This document shows, in pieces, positions 20,342 to 29,744 of a stretch of 64,000 nucleotides of DNA. Under the pieces are notes generated by a model. That model did no database searches and was not told the origin of the DNA. It saw nothing but the letters and a program-made list of their open reading frames with translations. How positions within the stretch are numbered: position 1 is the first letter of the stretch; every line of letters begins with the position of its first letter. Origin of the DNA: Magnetococcales bacterium (GTDB lineage Bacteria; Pseudomonadota; Alphaproteobacteria; UBA2136); NCBI GenBank assembly GCA_002689455.1, contig NZGE01000033.1, positions 16,926 to 80,925 on the forward strand, in the 5' to 3' direction. The translations under genes and the position numbers were made by a program.

Positions 20342-22060
20342 TTACTTAAAGGCTTTTTGTAGAATTTGAACATAACGGCTTGGTTTGTCATACCACGAAA
20401 TTGACAAACTTCCTGAAGCACGTGTGATGCCCATATAAAATAAACGTCTATCATGGCTTTCATCTACTGGTAACACACGGTAGCCCGCAAAAGGGTAAAC
20501 CTTTTCATTTGCAAGCGGCATAAACACAGCGTCAAATTCCAAATTACGCATATCACGCACAGGACCTAACAAGATACGGTCCAGCATGTTCGGTTCCTTG
20601 CCCTGTCTAATTTGTGGTAAAACCTCTTTTAAAGGCCCTTTAAGATTTAAAAGGGTATCTACAGCAATTAAGGCGTTAAACTTATCTTCATAATTCATAC
20701 GCTCAATCATATCAAAAGAAGCAGCCTTAAAAACCTCCTGCGCAGATGATGACCTGTTTTTGAGCAAGCAATAATAACCCAGCAACTGCCTTTGTATAGC
20801 AATAAAGTCCCCAAGGGCTGAACTTGGAAGCTGTAAGTCTTTTGGCAACTTTGCCCCATCTGCTAGCCAATTATGTGCATGCAAACCACCTTTAAACAAC
20901 ATTTCAATAAGCTGTTGATTTAAACCATAGCCAACCAACACATTCCGCAAATGAACATCGGACGCTTGATTCATTAATAAGCACAACAGGTCAATAACCA
21001 TAATTGCACCTGGTATTTCCCAAATCTTATGTGCAAAGCTTGAATGTTCAATACCATTTTTTTCAAATATTTTTTGAATTCGTAAAGCGTCCCAATCGGT
21101 TCTTGCAATCACACCTATGCGTTTATCAGAAGGAATAGCTTTAATTTTCTCTGCCAATATAAGAAGCTCTTCCTCTGCCGAGCTGTAAGCATCAAAAGAT
21201 ACTTCAATATTTTTTTTCGGGTTAAAATAAACCTCTTTTTCAAACCGGTCAGGTACTTTGCCTACAACCGTTAAAGCTGTTTGACCAAGCTTTTCAGATA
21301 ATCTGAAACATTTTGTGAGGGTAAAAGCTTTAACCCCTTGCTGTTCTTTAAAGTCCTTTAAAGCGGCTGAACCTAAAGCACCGTCGCGCTTAAAAACACA
21401 CAGGTCATCATCTCCAAAAGCAGAAACTTGCGCACCTGCTTTCATATGCTCTAGCAACCACAAGAACTGAATATGTGTAATATCTTGGAAATTATCCACA
21501 AACACGTAACGCATTGGCACTAATTTCATTTCACCTTGACGCATACCTACGATATGCCTTCTTAACACATCGTAACGGTCCATTTCGCAGTAACCTTTGT
21601 ATGCCATAAAAAGGTCGAAATGTTTTGCAGTTTCTGCTGGTTTACGTGCCATACTTTTAAAGTTACGTACAATGTGTTCAGCTTCAACTGCACTGCCTTT
21701 AAAGTCCACTTCACGCATGGCTTGCCTTAAAGAGCGACGCGCCTGCTTATCTGTTGCGAATACAAGCTCGGTCTCAACATCTTTTTCCATTTGATTTTGA
21801 GCAAATATACGGCAGGGTCCAATGTTAATTTGTTCAGCAACTTCTAATCCCAAGCGACCTTTCAATTTATGAAAAAGTATTTGCCAAGAATAATATGTGA
21901 AGGCAATTAAATAAATTTCTTGAGGGTTCACACCCGATTCAATTAAATGAGCAATACGTTCAACAAGTGTATATGTTTTTCCTGTTCCAGGTGCACCAAA
22001 AACAAGGCAAGAACCTTGGTACTTTGTAATATTTAACTGTGTTTTAGACATATCTCCCAT
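20342..22060 (-). CDS. UvrD/Rep-family superfamily-1 DNA helicase (short form)
   Basis: 572 aa. N-terminal Walker A FGAPGTGKTYT and a motif II-like VFVDNFQDIT (DExx box). Confidence 0.6.
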   Translation of the reverse strand: MGDMSKTQLNITKYQGSCLVFGAPGTGKTYTLVERIAHLIESGVNPQEIYLIAFTYYSWQILFHKLKGRLGLEVAEQINIGPCRIFAQNQMEKDVETELVFATDKQARRSLRQAMREVDFKGSAVEAEHIVRNFKSMARKPAETAKHFDLFMAYKGYCEMDRYDVLRRHIVGMRQGEMKLVPMRYVFVDNFQDITHIQFLWLLEHMKAGAQVSAFGDDDLCVFKRDGALGSAALKDFKEQQGVKAFTLTKCFRLSEKLGQTALTVVGKVPDRFEKEVYFNPKKNIEVSFDAYSSAEEELLILAEKIKAIPSDKRIGVIARTDWDALRIQKIFEKNGIEHSSFAHKIWEIPGAIMVIDLLCLLMNQASDVHLRNVLVGYGLNQQLIEMLFKGGLHAHNWLADGAKLPKDLQLPSSALGDFIAIQRQLLGYYCLLKNRSSSAQEVFKAASFDMIERMNYEDKFNALIAVDTLLNLKGPLKEVLPQIRQGKEPNMLDRILLGPVRDMRNLEFDAVFMPLANEKVYPFAGYRVLPVDESHDRRLFYMGITRASGSLSISWYDKPSRYVQILQKAFK

Positions 22061-22152
22061 GCATACAGTTTAATTTAAATTGTGTGCAAAACCAAGAATC
22101 ATTCCCTTAGAGGCTTTATTCAAGCTGACCCTGCGTCTATTCTATGCAACAA

Positions 22153-22179
22153 GAAAAAAAGCCCTTTAAGGGCTTTTCA
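22153..22179 (-). terminator. Rho-independent terminator after traK
   Basis: Hairpin aaagccc-ttta-agggcttt, followed on the minus strand by a T-run. Confidence 0.55.
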
Positions 22180-22199
22180 TGAATTAACATACGTTTTGA

Positions 22200-22919
22200 T
22201 TAACGTTCAAACAATAAGAACATAACACCTTGATCAGAAGGCTTACCCTTGCCTGCAAGACGCATGTTTTCCATAGCAGCCTTACGCAACACACCCCACT
22301 CACCTGTTTTAGGAATGGAAATAGCAGGGATGTTAACCTCATTCGCTGTTGGGTATTCATTTTGAACATGAACCACTAAGCCTGTATACTTAGGTGACTG
22401 CCAAACTTCTGAAAGTTCGAATGTTAAACCTGCACCTGTAAACCAGTTCGGCACCACATATGTTTCGCGAATAACGCCAGGAACATCACGGTCTTCAGCC
22501 ATAGCACGAATCATATCATTCACATTAAACTGCGCTGCGATTTGGCGTTTTTTAGAATCGATTTTTTGGCCATCCACAATTTCAACAAACTGACGGTATG
22601 GAACATCTGTTGTAAGAACAACAATGTATGTTGTACCCGAAGCACCTGTCATAAACATTCTGGTTGCCATTTTAGGAAGTAATGAACGCATACGGAAAGC
22701 CTTATTCCCATAACCTTCAACAACCAAAATATCAACATAGTCACTGTTTTCAAGTGTAATGTTAACAATTTCCTCAGGGAATTCAACGTGAGAAATATCA
22801 TCCTCATTCAAACCAAGTGTGAGTGTATGTGTTGGGCCACGCCAAACAATTGTATCTGCAAATGATTGACCAGCAAGCACCGTCATCATCATCAAAAAAC
22901 CAAGTACAATTTTTTTCAC
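22200..22919 (-). CDS. traK: F-type T4SS TraK (VirB9-like) periplasmic protein
   Basis: The ORF-track N-terminal extension overlaps traE and is rejected. The probable start is GTG at 22919, giving about 239 aa (F TraK is 242 aa) with a signal peptide KKIVLGFLMMMTVLAGQSFA. Position after traE is canonical. Confidence 0.55.
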   Translation of the reverse strand: MKKIVLGFLMMMTVLAGQSFADTIVWRGPTHTLTLGLNEDDISHVEFPEEIVNITLENSDYVDILVVEGYGNKAFRMRSLLPKMATRMFMTGASGTTYIVVLTTDVPYRQFVEIVDGQKIDSKKRQIAAQFNVNDMIRAMAEDRDVPGVIRETYVVPNWFTGAGLTFELSEVWQSPKYTGLVVHVQNEYPTANEVNIPAISIPKTGEWGVLRKAAMENMRLAGKGKPSDQGVMFLLFER

Positions 22920-22944
22920 TTTTATATTACCTTTTACTAATATA

Positions 22945-23580
22945 CTAACGTAGTTTGCCTGTAAGCTCTGTTTCGTTGTATGAAACAAGTTCAAAACCAA
23001 AAGGGTTTGATTTTGAAATATAGCGTTGTTTAAATTCCATTTTATAACGCATCGGAATAGCTTCCACAACTGTACCTGCAATAATATACTGCCTTGTACC
23101 TTCAATGGTTACAGTTTGTGTTTTACCGCGACCACTAGGCCCCGTATCACCTTCAATTTTAAAAGCTGTTTGATCTGGAATAAATTTTGATGAGCGTTCA
23201 TCCTGAAAAGCTTTTTGAATAAGGTCCTTGAAGTAGCTTTGCGCAACCGCCAACATATCATCATTGAAAAACTGTTGAATTTCACGGTATTGATTTTCAA
23301 GGTTCTGATATGTATAGTTATTCAAACTATTTACAATTAAGTAAGAAAGCTCTTTAAGCATAATTTCAGAGTTAGCAGGTGTGTAAAACCCAGCAACGCT
23401 TCCAGGAACGACATAAACCTGAGCTTGCGCACGCAATTTTTCATATTGTGCATTTAAACGTCTGTTTTCTGAAATAACTTGATACGTCCAAAAGAAAACG
23501 ATAATCAATAACATTAATAAAACACCAGCGATACGCTGCCATTTATCAACCACACTTCCTGCTCTTGCTATAAAATCCAT
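22945..23580 (-). CDS. traE: F-type T4SS TraE (VirB8-like bitopic inner-membrane protein)
   Basis: 211 aa with a single N-terminal transmembrane segment (IAGVLLMLLIIVFFWTY). Lies between traL and traK. Confidence 0.6.
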   Translation of the reverse strand: MDFIARAGSVVDKWQRIAGVLLMLLIIVFFWTYQVISENRRLNAQYEKLRAQAQVYVVPGSVAGFYTPANSEIMLKELSYLIVNSLNNYTYQNLENQYREIQQFFNDDMLAVAQSYFKDLIQKAFQDERSSKFIPDQTAFKIEGDTGPSGRGKTQTVTIEGTRQYIIAGTVVEAIPMRYKMEFKQRYISKSNPFGFELVSYNETELTGKLR

Positions 23581-23600
23581 TATTCTTTCTTCTAAAAACT

Positions 23601-23864
23601 CTAAAGTTCAAACCAAGGTGCTTTTTTAGGATTCGGTAAAAACTTACCAATTGGTGCCACTTTGTACCATAATCTAAAAAATGTACCTTCGGGTTTGTTG
23701 GCTGTAATTTTATTAATAATATACACACCGCCAAGCCCAGCTGCCCAAGCCATTATAACACTTTGAAACATAAACATCACGCCATAGTGCCCTATTAAAA
23801 AGACGATAATAATTTCCGCCATACGGTTTGGTCTATCAATATTTCTTGGTACAGGTCTCATCAT
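23601..23864 (-). CDS. traL: F-type T4SS TraL (VirB3-like)
   Basis: 87 aa, two hydrophobic segments, immediately downstream of the pilin gene. F TraL is 91 aa. Confidence 0.55.
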   Translation of the reverse strand: MMRPVPRNIDRPNRMAEIIIVFLIGHYGVMFMFQSVIMAWAAGLGGVYIINKITANKPEGTFFRLWYKVAPIGKFLPNPKKAPWFEL

Positions 23865-23969
23865 AATAAAATCACTCTAACATATAATGCAATTAACCAG
23901 CAAAAACAATATTCCATAAAAAAGATAACATAAAAAGACAGCATGTTTATTTGTGATATTTTTACATAA

Positions 23970-23995
23970 AAAAGACCCGCTAAAAGCGGGCCTTT
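23970..23995 (-). terminator. Hairpin terminator/attenuator immediately after traA
   Basis: The minus-strand reading gives ggcccgc-tttta-gcgggtc followed by TTTTTT. Confidence 0.55.
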
Positions 23996-24011
23996 TATTA
24001 ACCTATTATAT

Positions 24012-24347
24012 TTATAGGACTTCAGTAGATGCTGTTGCATTACCGTCTGTTGCATCAGCAAAACCAGAACGCATCCATTCGAAGATACCTGGGAAAGCTG
24101 TTACAGCTACACCACCAATCATCACCATGATACCCCAAGATGATTGTTGGATAAGCCACATGTACAGACCAAATAGTGCAATACCTAAACCGATAAGCGT
24201 ACCTAAACTACCTGAAACCATGCCAAGCACACTTGCAAGTAAATCACCACCTGCAGCTGTAGCATCCTGCGCCATTGCCGCTTCCGGTGCCATTGTTAGA
24301 ACTACTGCTAAAACAGCAAAGCTCATAAAAGTTAGAAATTTTTTCAT
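24012..24347 (-). CDS. traA: F-type propilin TraA
   Basis: 111 aa. The leader ends ...APEAAMA. The mature N-terminus QDATAAGGDLLASVLG parallels F-pilin AGSSGQDLMASG, followed by two hydrophobic helices. Confidence 0.7.
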   Translation of the reverse strand: MKKFLTFMSFAVLAVVLTMAPEAAMAQDATAAGGDLLASVLGMVSGSLGTLIGLGIALFGLYMWLIQQSSWGIMVMIGGVAVTAFPGIFEWMRSGFADATDGNATASTEVL

Positions 24348-24514
24348 TTCATTTTCTCCATATATGTACTAAGAGCCGTTGAGCTTGCGCCAGGGACACC
24401 CTTAACCACCCCTTGCCTTTCAAAATAAGGACTTAAACCAAGTATGGTGCATTCATATAAAGTTTTCAACCCTAAAAAACACACCCTCTCAACAAACGGT
24501 TAAAAACAGCCATT

Positions 24515-26233
24515 TTACTTGTCGGTAATCACAAACAATCGGCCATTATCAAAACGTCTAAACGTTAAGTCAGCACCGTGTGTTTGTTTTACCTTTTCTT
24601 GCACATAGGCAAGAAACTCATCAAACCTTGCTTCTGCAATCACTGTCCATTTATCATTTGGCAGTGAAGCATTCTTTTTAGATAGTCTCCATTCAACATT
24701 CCAGTCGCCAATACGGTCTGAAAGTTGTTTTAAGGTTGTTTTCATAATGCTATCAAGCGTTTCATCTTCAGCTTTTAAAACAACGTTATTTTCTTCCATT
24801 GGATGCGTTGGGGCGTCTATCATTGTAACATCACCCTCTGAAACCTTTGGCACTTCAAGGGCGGCCAAACGTTCTTCAAGCATCATAATGCGCTTTTTAT
24901 ATTGTTCCGCTGGGACTTCAAACTTGCGTAAGTTATCAAATGCTGGAACAACAATTTTTTCACCCGCATCAATTTGCATTGCACGTGCCATCACGTTTGC
25001 AGCGTCCACACTTAAACGATTCGCTTCACGTTCCATAGCTTCACGCTTTGAAAGCCTCGCAGCCGATGCGATGGCCTCTGCCTCTGCAATTTTTTTCGCT
25101 GCTTCTAAAATCATCTTTTGTCTTGTAGCACTTGCACCTATTTCAGCTTTTGCTAAATCTTGGCGTAAAGCATCCATTTGCTGTTTATGTGCTTCGTTCT
25201 TTTCAAAAGTGCGGCGTTTAATGTCATTTGCAATTTGTTCATACTCAAGTGCACGCTGTTCTTTTTGAGCAATAACCTGCGCCGCTTTACGCTGAACCAG
25301 CTCTTTATCGCGTTTTTCAGCAACCAAATTACGGTAATTATTTTCCACTTCTTCACGCAAGCGTCGCTCTTTTTCTTTTTGGTATTCAATAACCTTTTCA
25401 GCACCACGCAGTTGAATCAGCAATTCTCGGATCTGATTTTGATGTTCTTTTAAAAGTTCGTCTGAACTTTGGCGAGAAAGATTACGCACCCCCGCCAACA
25501 ACTTTTCAGCCTCTAGAACAATTTCTTGATGCGCTTGATCTTCTTTCCAGCGATTAATTGTTCCTGATAATTCAGCATCGGAAACTTGACCTGCAACACG
25601 TGAGCCTTGTTCTGTTAATTGAGTCGGTTCAAAACGTTCATCATATTGACGATTCTTCACCTTATAAGGTTCTTTAGTGTGTGCAGGTACAACACCACCT
25701 TCATATTCAATTGTCATACGTTCGGCGCCTGTGTATGGTGCCATGGCTGCATCTTCTGGTGTTTCGTTTGGAACTTGCGTTAGATCAATAATATCATTAA
25801 TCGCAATGCTCATATAGTCATCTTTTTCAGGAAGCTTTCCGTATTTGTCGATAAATGCAATATTCACATTCGGGTCGGCGGCACGTTGATGAACTTTCAT
25901 TTGACCATTAAAAAGTGTTTTTGAATGGTTACATGGTTCACCATCGCGGTCATACAGGTATTTTTTATCACCTGTAATAGCATCCATTTGAACACCAAAG
26001 CCTTTACCTTCTGAACAGTCGGATGTTGAAAGGTCAGCTGCTTTTGCGTTTGTAACACCTACAAGTTTACCATCTAAAACAACCGCACCTTGGTCCACCA
26101 AAGGGTTTTCCATAGGTGCTGGTTTTAATAACTCACGTTCACCGGTAACCAAAACACCATCAGATGCACAAGATGCTAAAAACAATCCTGCACTTAAAAC
26201 TAAAGATGATGTTGCGTAAATATTATATTTCAT
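24515..26233 (-). CDS. Coiled-coil lipoprotein with a C-terminal TcpQ-like module
   Basis: 572 aa with a lipobox (LFLASC). A central K/E/R-rich coiled coil of about 200 aa. The C-terminus IGDWNVEWRL...LTFRRFDNGRLFVITDK is shared with two other proteins. Confidence 0.5.
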   Translation of the reverse strand: MKYNIYATSSLVLSAGLFLASCASDGVLVTGERELLKPAPMENPLVDQGAVVLDGKLVGVTNAKAADLSTSDCSEGKGFGVQMDAITGDKKYLYDRDGEPCNHSKTLFNGQMKVHQRAADPNVNIAFIDKYGKLPEKDDYMSIAINDIIDLTQVPNETPEDAAMAPYTGAERMTIEYEGGVVPAHTKEPYKVKNRQYDERFEPTQLTEQGSRVAGQVSDAELSGTINRWKEDQAHQEIVLEAEKLLAGVRNLSRQSSDELLKEHQNQIRELLIQLRGAEKVIEYQKEKERRLREEVENNYRNLVAEKRDKELVQRKAAQVIAQKEQRALEYEQIANDIKRRTFEKNEAHKQQMDALRQDLAKAEIGASATRQKMILEAAKKIAEAEAIASAARLSKREAMEREANRLSVDAANVMARAMQIDAGEKIVVPAFDNLRKFEVPAEQYKKRIMMLEERLAALEVPKVSEGDVTMIDAPTHPMEENNVVLKAEDETLDSIMKTTLKQLSDRIGDWNVEWRLSKKNASLPNDKWTVIAEARFDEFLAYVQEKVKQTHGADLTFRRFDNGRLFVITDK

Positions 26234-28119
26234 TAATCAGTCACCACTAATATACGTTCTTTTCTGAAGATATTGAATGTTAAACCAAACCCTCGGTAAC
26301 TTTTCATATAGTTTGAAAGATAACTTGTGAAGGCGTCAAAGTCTGTTTCAACGTCCAGTGAAAAACGTTCATCTAAAACATCCATATGCTCTGGCTTCAA
26401 TTTCCATTTAACATCCCAGTCACCCACATACGGCTGAGCACGTGTTAGAAGTTCATCCATGATATCTTCAAGTTTGTCATTATTAATATGCATAACAACC
26501 TGATAATCCTCTAGGTCAATCCAGTCTTCTTGTGGGTAACCACCAAGCACACCACCTTTATCAGCAGCTGTCATTTCGATATTTGAAGTACGTGCCGTTG
26601 TTTCAATGACACGTCCAAGTTTCAAGTCTTCACTGTCAATTGATTCTTGCTTAACAGGCTTGCCTTTTTGGCTTTCCATGGCAAAGATACGCTGTTCTAT
26701 AGCATCTCTGTATGAAGCCGCTTCTTCCATGGCAATATCTTGCTGTTGCTTTAGCTCTTCAATCGTTTTTTGAAGTGATTCTTTTTGCTCCTCAAGGGCT
26801 GTAATCGTTGTTACATCCACTTCAGCCAGCTTTTCTTCTAAAGCATTTTTGTCATCTTCTAAGTTTGCAAGTTTCTCTTTATAAACTTTACTATCTTCAG
26901 CTGATTTTTCTTGTGTTGCATTTAGCTTTTCAATTTTATCTTCAAGCAAGCTTCTGTTTTTTTGAATTTCTTGAACTGACTTTTCATTTAAAGATGCAAG
27001 CTTATTATTCAACTCAGCTTTTTCTTTTTCAAGCTGTTTGAACTTCATATCATAAACATCTTTTACAGAAGCTAAGCGAACTTCTAAACTTTCTTTCATA
27101 GCTTGTGCGCGTACATCCGCTTCCGACATGCGACGTGCTTCTTGCATCTCTATAATATCAAGTTCTTTCTTCAAACTTGCAATTTTAAACTCAAGCTCAG
27201 CTTGACGTTTTGCACGTTCAATATTTGCACGTTCGCCAGCCAGTTTTTCACGTTCAGCCTGTTGCATCACTAAACTAAGTTGTTCACGGCGGTCTTGTTC
27301 CAGTGACTTGCGCATTTCAAGTTCTTCAAGCAAGCGCATTTCACGTGCTTCTTCCATGGCTTGTTTACGAGCAACCGCTAAACGGTTTTGAACATCTTGT
27401 TCGTATTCAACACTTTTCAAACCTTCTGATAAAACTTCGGTAAAGTTTTCAACTTCGTTGAATTTTTTATCCAACGCACGAATAAGAACATCTTTTTCAG
27501 CTTTAATTTTAGAAAGCTCTTCTAAAGCCATACGAATTTCTTGCTGGTGTGCTTTATTTTGAAAATCATCTTTTTTATTCAGTTGTTCGAGGCGATCTTC
27601 TACAGCGACGAATTTATCATCGAGAACAGCGAGCAATGCATCTTTCTCGCTAATTTGTTGCGCTTCAGATGCTTTTAAGAATGAAATATTTTTATCAATT
27701 GTATCGAATTTCGATTTTACAAGCGCCATCAACTCAGCGTCTTGTGCGGCTTTACGCATTTCTTCACGACGCATTTGTGCGACACGTTGCTCCACCTCTT
27801 GGAATTTGCTGAGCATTTTTTGTTCTTGCCCTGTGTGAAGCTGAATAAATTCTCCTTGAAGTTTTGAAAGTTGTTCACGTATTACATCTACATCACGCTT
27901 TGGCATTTCCCATGAAGGGTCATATGTACGTTTCATAATAATACCGCCTTGCGAGATTGTTTCCATCTTCAAAGGCGTTTCCTGTGCCACGCGTTGGTCA
28001 AGAACTGGTTGTGGTGCACCTGTGTGTGAATTGTACGCACCTTGACAGCCAGCTAAAGCCAAAATTGTGGCGAAAATACCCATTTTTTGTTTTTGTCTGG
28101 ACACCATTTTTACGGACAA
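26233..28119 (-). CDS. Coiled-coil lipoprotein with a C-terminal TcpQ-like module (paralogous architecture to the 24515..26233 lipoprotein)
   Basis: 628 aa with a lipobox (ILALAGC). A very long central coiled coil. The C-terminus VGDWDVKWKL...LTFNIFRKERILVVTD. The stop overlaps the next start. Confidence 0.5.
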   Translation of the reverse strand: MSVKMVSRQKQKMGIFATILALAGCQGAYNSHTGAPQPVLDQRVAQETPLKMETISQGGIIMKRTYDPSWEMPKRDVDVIREQLSKLQGEFIQLHTGQEQKMLSKFQEVEQRVAQMRREEMRKAAQDAELMALVKSKFDTIDKNISFLKASEAQQISEKDALLAVLDDKFVAVEDRLEQLNKKDDFQNKAHQQEIRMALEELSKIKAEKDVLIRALDKKFNEVENFTEVLSEGLKSVEYEQDVQNRLAVARKQAMEEAREMRLLEELEMRKSLEQDRREQLSLVMQQAEREKLAGERANIERAKRQAELEFKIASLKKELDIIEMQEARRMSEADVRAQAMKESLEVRLASVKDVYDMKFKQLEKEKAELNNKLASLNEKSVQEIQKNRSLLEDKIEKLNATQEKSAEDSKVYKEKLANLEDDKNALEEKLAEVDVTTITALEEQKESLQKTIEELKQQQDIAMEEAASYRDAIEQRIFAMESQKGKPVKQESIDSEDLKLGRVIETTARTSNIEMTAADKGGVLGGYPQEDWIDLEDYQVVMHINNDKLEDIMDELLTRAQPYVGDWDVKWKLKPEHMDVLDERFSLDVETDFDAFTSYLSNYMKSYRGFGLTFNIFRKERILVVTD

Positions 28120-28185
28120 CCCTATTTTGGTTACACTTTTTAACCCACATAAACCTTAAAAGAAGGGGATGTCTATGGCAAACAA

Positions 28186-28659
28186 TTAGCGCCATAACAG
28201 ATAGATAAGAGGCGATATCATGATGGAAAAAAGCAACACTTTTTTGGCAAGCATACGAGATTCCACCCATAAACCCACAATAAAAAGCCAGCAAATAACC
28301 CATGTAAGCGTGAAAACAAGCACCAATTGAGGTCCTGTAATTATATAAGCAATTGCGCATATAAATATGGTGCAGAGCTCTATGAACATATACCTTGGCG
28401 AAACTGGCACTTTGCAATAGTGACATTTACCTTTAAAAATCAAGTACGAAAGAACGGGTAACAAGTCTATAGATTTTAATTTTTCATGACATGAAGGGCA
28501 ATAGCTAGGCGGGTTAGATAACGATATACCTAAAGGCACTCTATAAAGCATACAAGTTAAAAATGAACCGAAAACACCACCAATCACCACAACCAAACAC
28601 CACAAAAGCCATGGAGCTTCTTGATGAATAATGAACAATACCTGATTAACCTGATCCAT
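28186..28659 (-). pseudogene. Prepilin peptidase (A24 family)-like gene, truncated or frameshifted
   Basis: 157 aa. Retains the N-terminal tetra-Cys Zn module (CPSCHEK...CHYCK) and the first transmembrane helices. It ends before the region carrying the second catalytic Asp. An overlapping ORF in another frame (27998..28426) continues the hydrophobic sequence. Confidence 0.45.
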
Positions 28660-28664
28660 AAATG

Positions 28665-29744
28665 CTATTTACCGCAAGGGTCTTCATCCACGGTGATACG
28701 TGGTGGTAATTTACGGTCAGCTATTGTGCTTGCTGCCGGACCACAAGTGCCTGTAGATGGGTCGATTCGCGCCAAAGGGTTAGAATAATAGAAGAAACCT
28801 TCTTCTTGCCTTTCGCCACTGTTGTCTATGAATGTGCGCATTGCATTACAACAAAATTCAGCAGGAATACCTAGCACACGTGTCAAGGCAATCATACTAT
28901 TACGGCGATCCTCTTTGTCATTCACGTTTGCATCATCATTTATAACAACATCTGTCGTGCCAACGCCTAACAAGTCATCAAGTTCAGCTTCAATTTCACT
29001 TGTAACACCGCTATAACTAATATTAAGCATACTGGCATCAGAAATAGGACCAGAAGAAGGTGGAAAGAATATAAGGGTTTGGCTTACACCATCGGCTATA
29101 CCTTCGTAACGCTTTAACTGGCCATACTCCACTAAAGCTTCTGTAATGCGCTTTAAACGCTCGGCTGTTTTTTTATAACGCGCCATTTGCAGGTCACGGT
29201 CGGTAAATTTAATTAAAAAATCACCTTCTGGTACATCAATGTCTTTAAACTTCGTATCGTACTGAAGTGGGTTTGTGCCCAATAAATTGGTAACACTTGT
29301 GCTAATCGTACTTGAAACACATGACAAACCATTTCCCCAACATCCATCTACGCCCGTACTATACAAAACAGCGTAATGCACATCAAACGTTGCATCGCGA
29401 AAAACTTCTTGTCCAACAACCCCGCGGTAATGCCGATTGTTATAAAAAGCATCTTCACGAATTTCGCGCTCTAAATAATCACTGTATTCTTGTGTTTCAC
29501 TCGCAAAAGCAGTGATACTGTTGGTCACAGGAATGCGGAACTCTTGTTGTGCCATAAAACTTAACACACGGTTCATTTCTGTTTGAATTTCCTCTTCTTC
29601 TTTTTCATTTTGTAACATTAAAAAATCAGAAACCATTGGAAAAGTTGAAACAATTAAAATTGAGATAACTGCACCTGCAATAATAACATCAAACAGTGTA
29701 AAGCCTTTTTTGTTAAATAAATTTTGCATAACCATTACCCGCAA
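28665..29744 (-). CDS. Large minor pilin / pseudopilin (class III signal, Asp at +5)
   Basis: 359 aa. N-terminus MRVMVMQNLFNKKG|FTLFDVIIAGAVISILIV. C-terminal CC...C...RKLPPRITVDEDPCGK is paralogous to the next gene. Confidence 0.6.
   Translation of the reverse strand: MRVMVMQNLFNKKGFTLFDVIIAGAVISILIVSTFPMVSDFLMLQNEKEEEEIQTEMNRVLSFMAQQEFRIPVTNSITAFASETQEYSDYLEREIREDAFYNNRHYRGVVGQEVFRDATFDVHYAVLYSTGVDGCWGNGLSCVSSTISTSVTNLLGTNPLQYDTKFKDIDVPEGDFLIKFTDRDLQMARYKKTAERLKRITEALVEYGQLKRYEGIADGVSQTLIFFPPSSGPISDASMLNISYSGVTSEIEAELDDLLGVGTTDVVINDDANVNDKEDRRNSMIALTRVLGIPAEFCCNAMRTFIDNSGERQEEGFFYYSNPLARIDPSTGTCGPAASTIADRKLPPRITVDEDPCGK

Noticed and set aside
18055-22060. The helicase plus ParB-domain pair as a Gabija-like or other anti-phage defence system
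   Set aside because: The partner protein has no OLD/TOPRIM ATPase-nuclease features. It carries sigma-70-like and ParB-like DNA-binding domains instead. The context is conjugative. A regulatory or DNA-processing role is more plausible. Kept only as a check in the findings.
22920-23105. N-terminal 62-aa extension of the 301-aa ORF (22200..23105) overlapping traE
   Set aside because: The extension overlaps traE in another frame. A signal peptide (KKIVLGFLMMMTVLAGQSFA) begins right after a GTG at 22919 and gives a 239-aa TraK-sized protein. The long form is an ORF-finder artefact.
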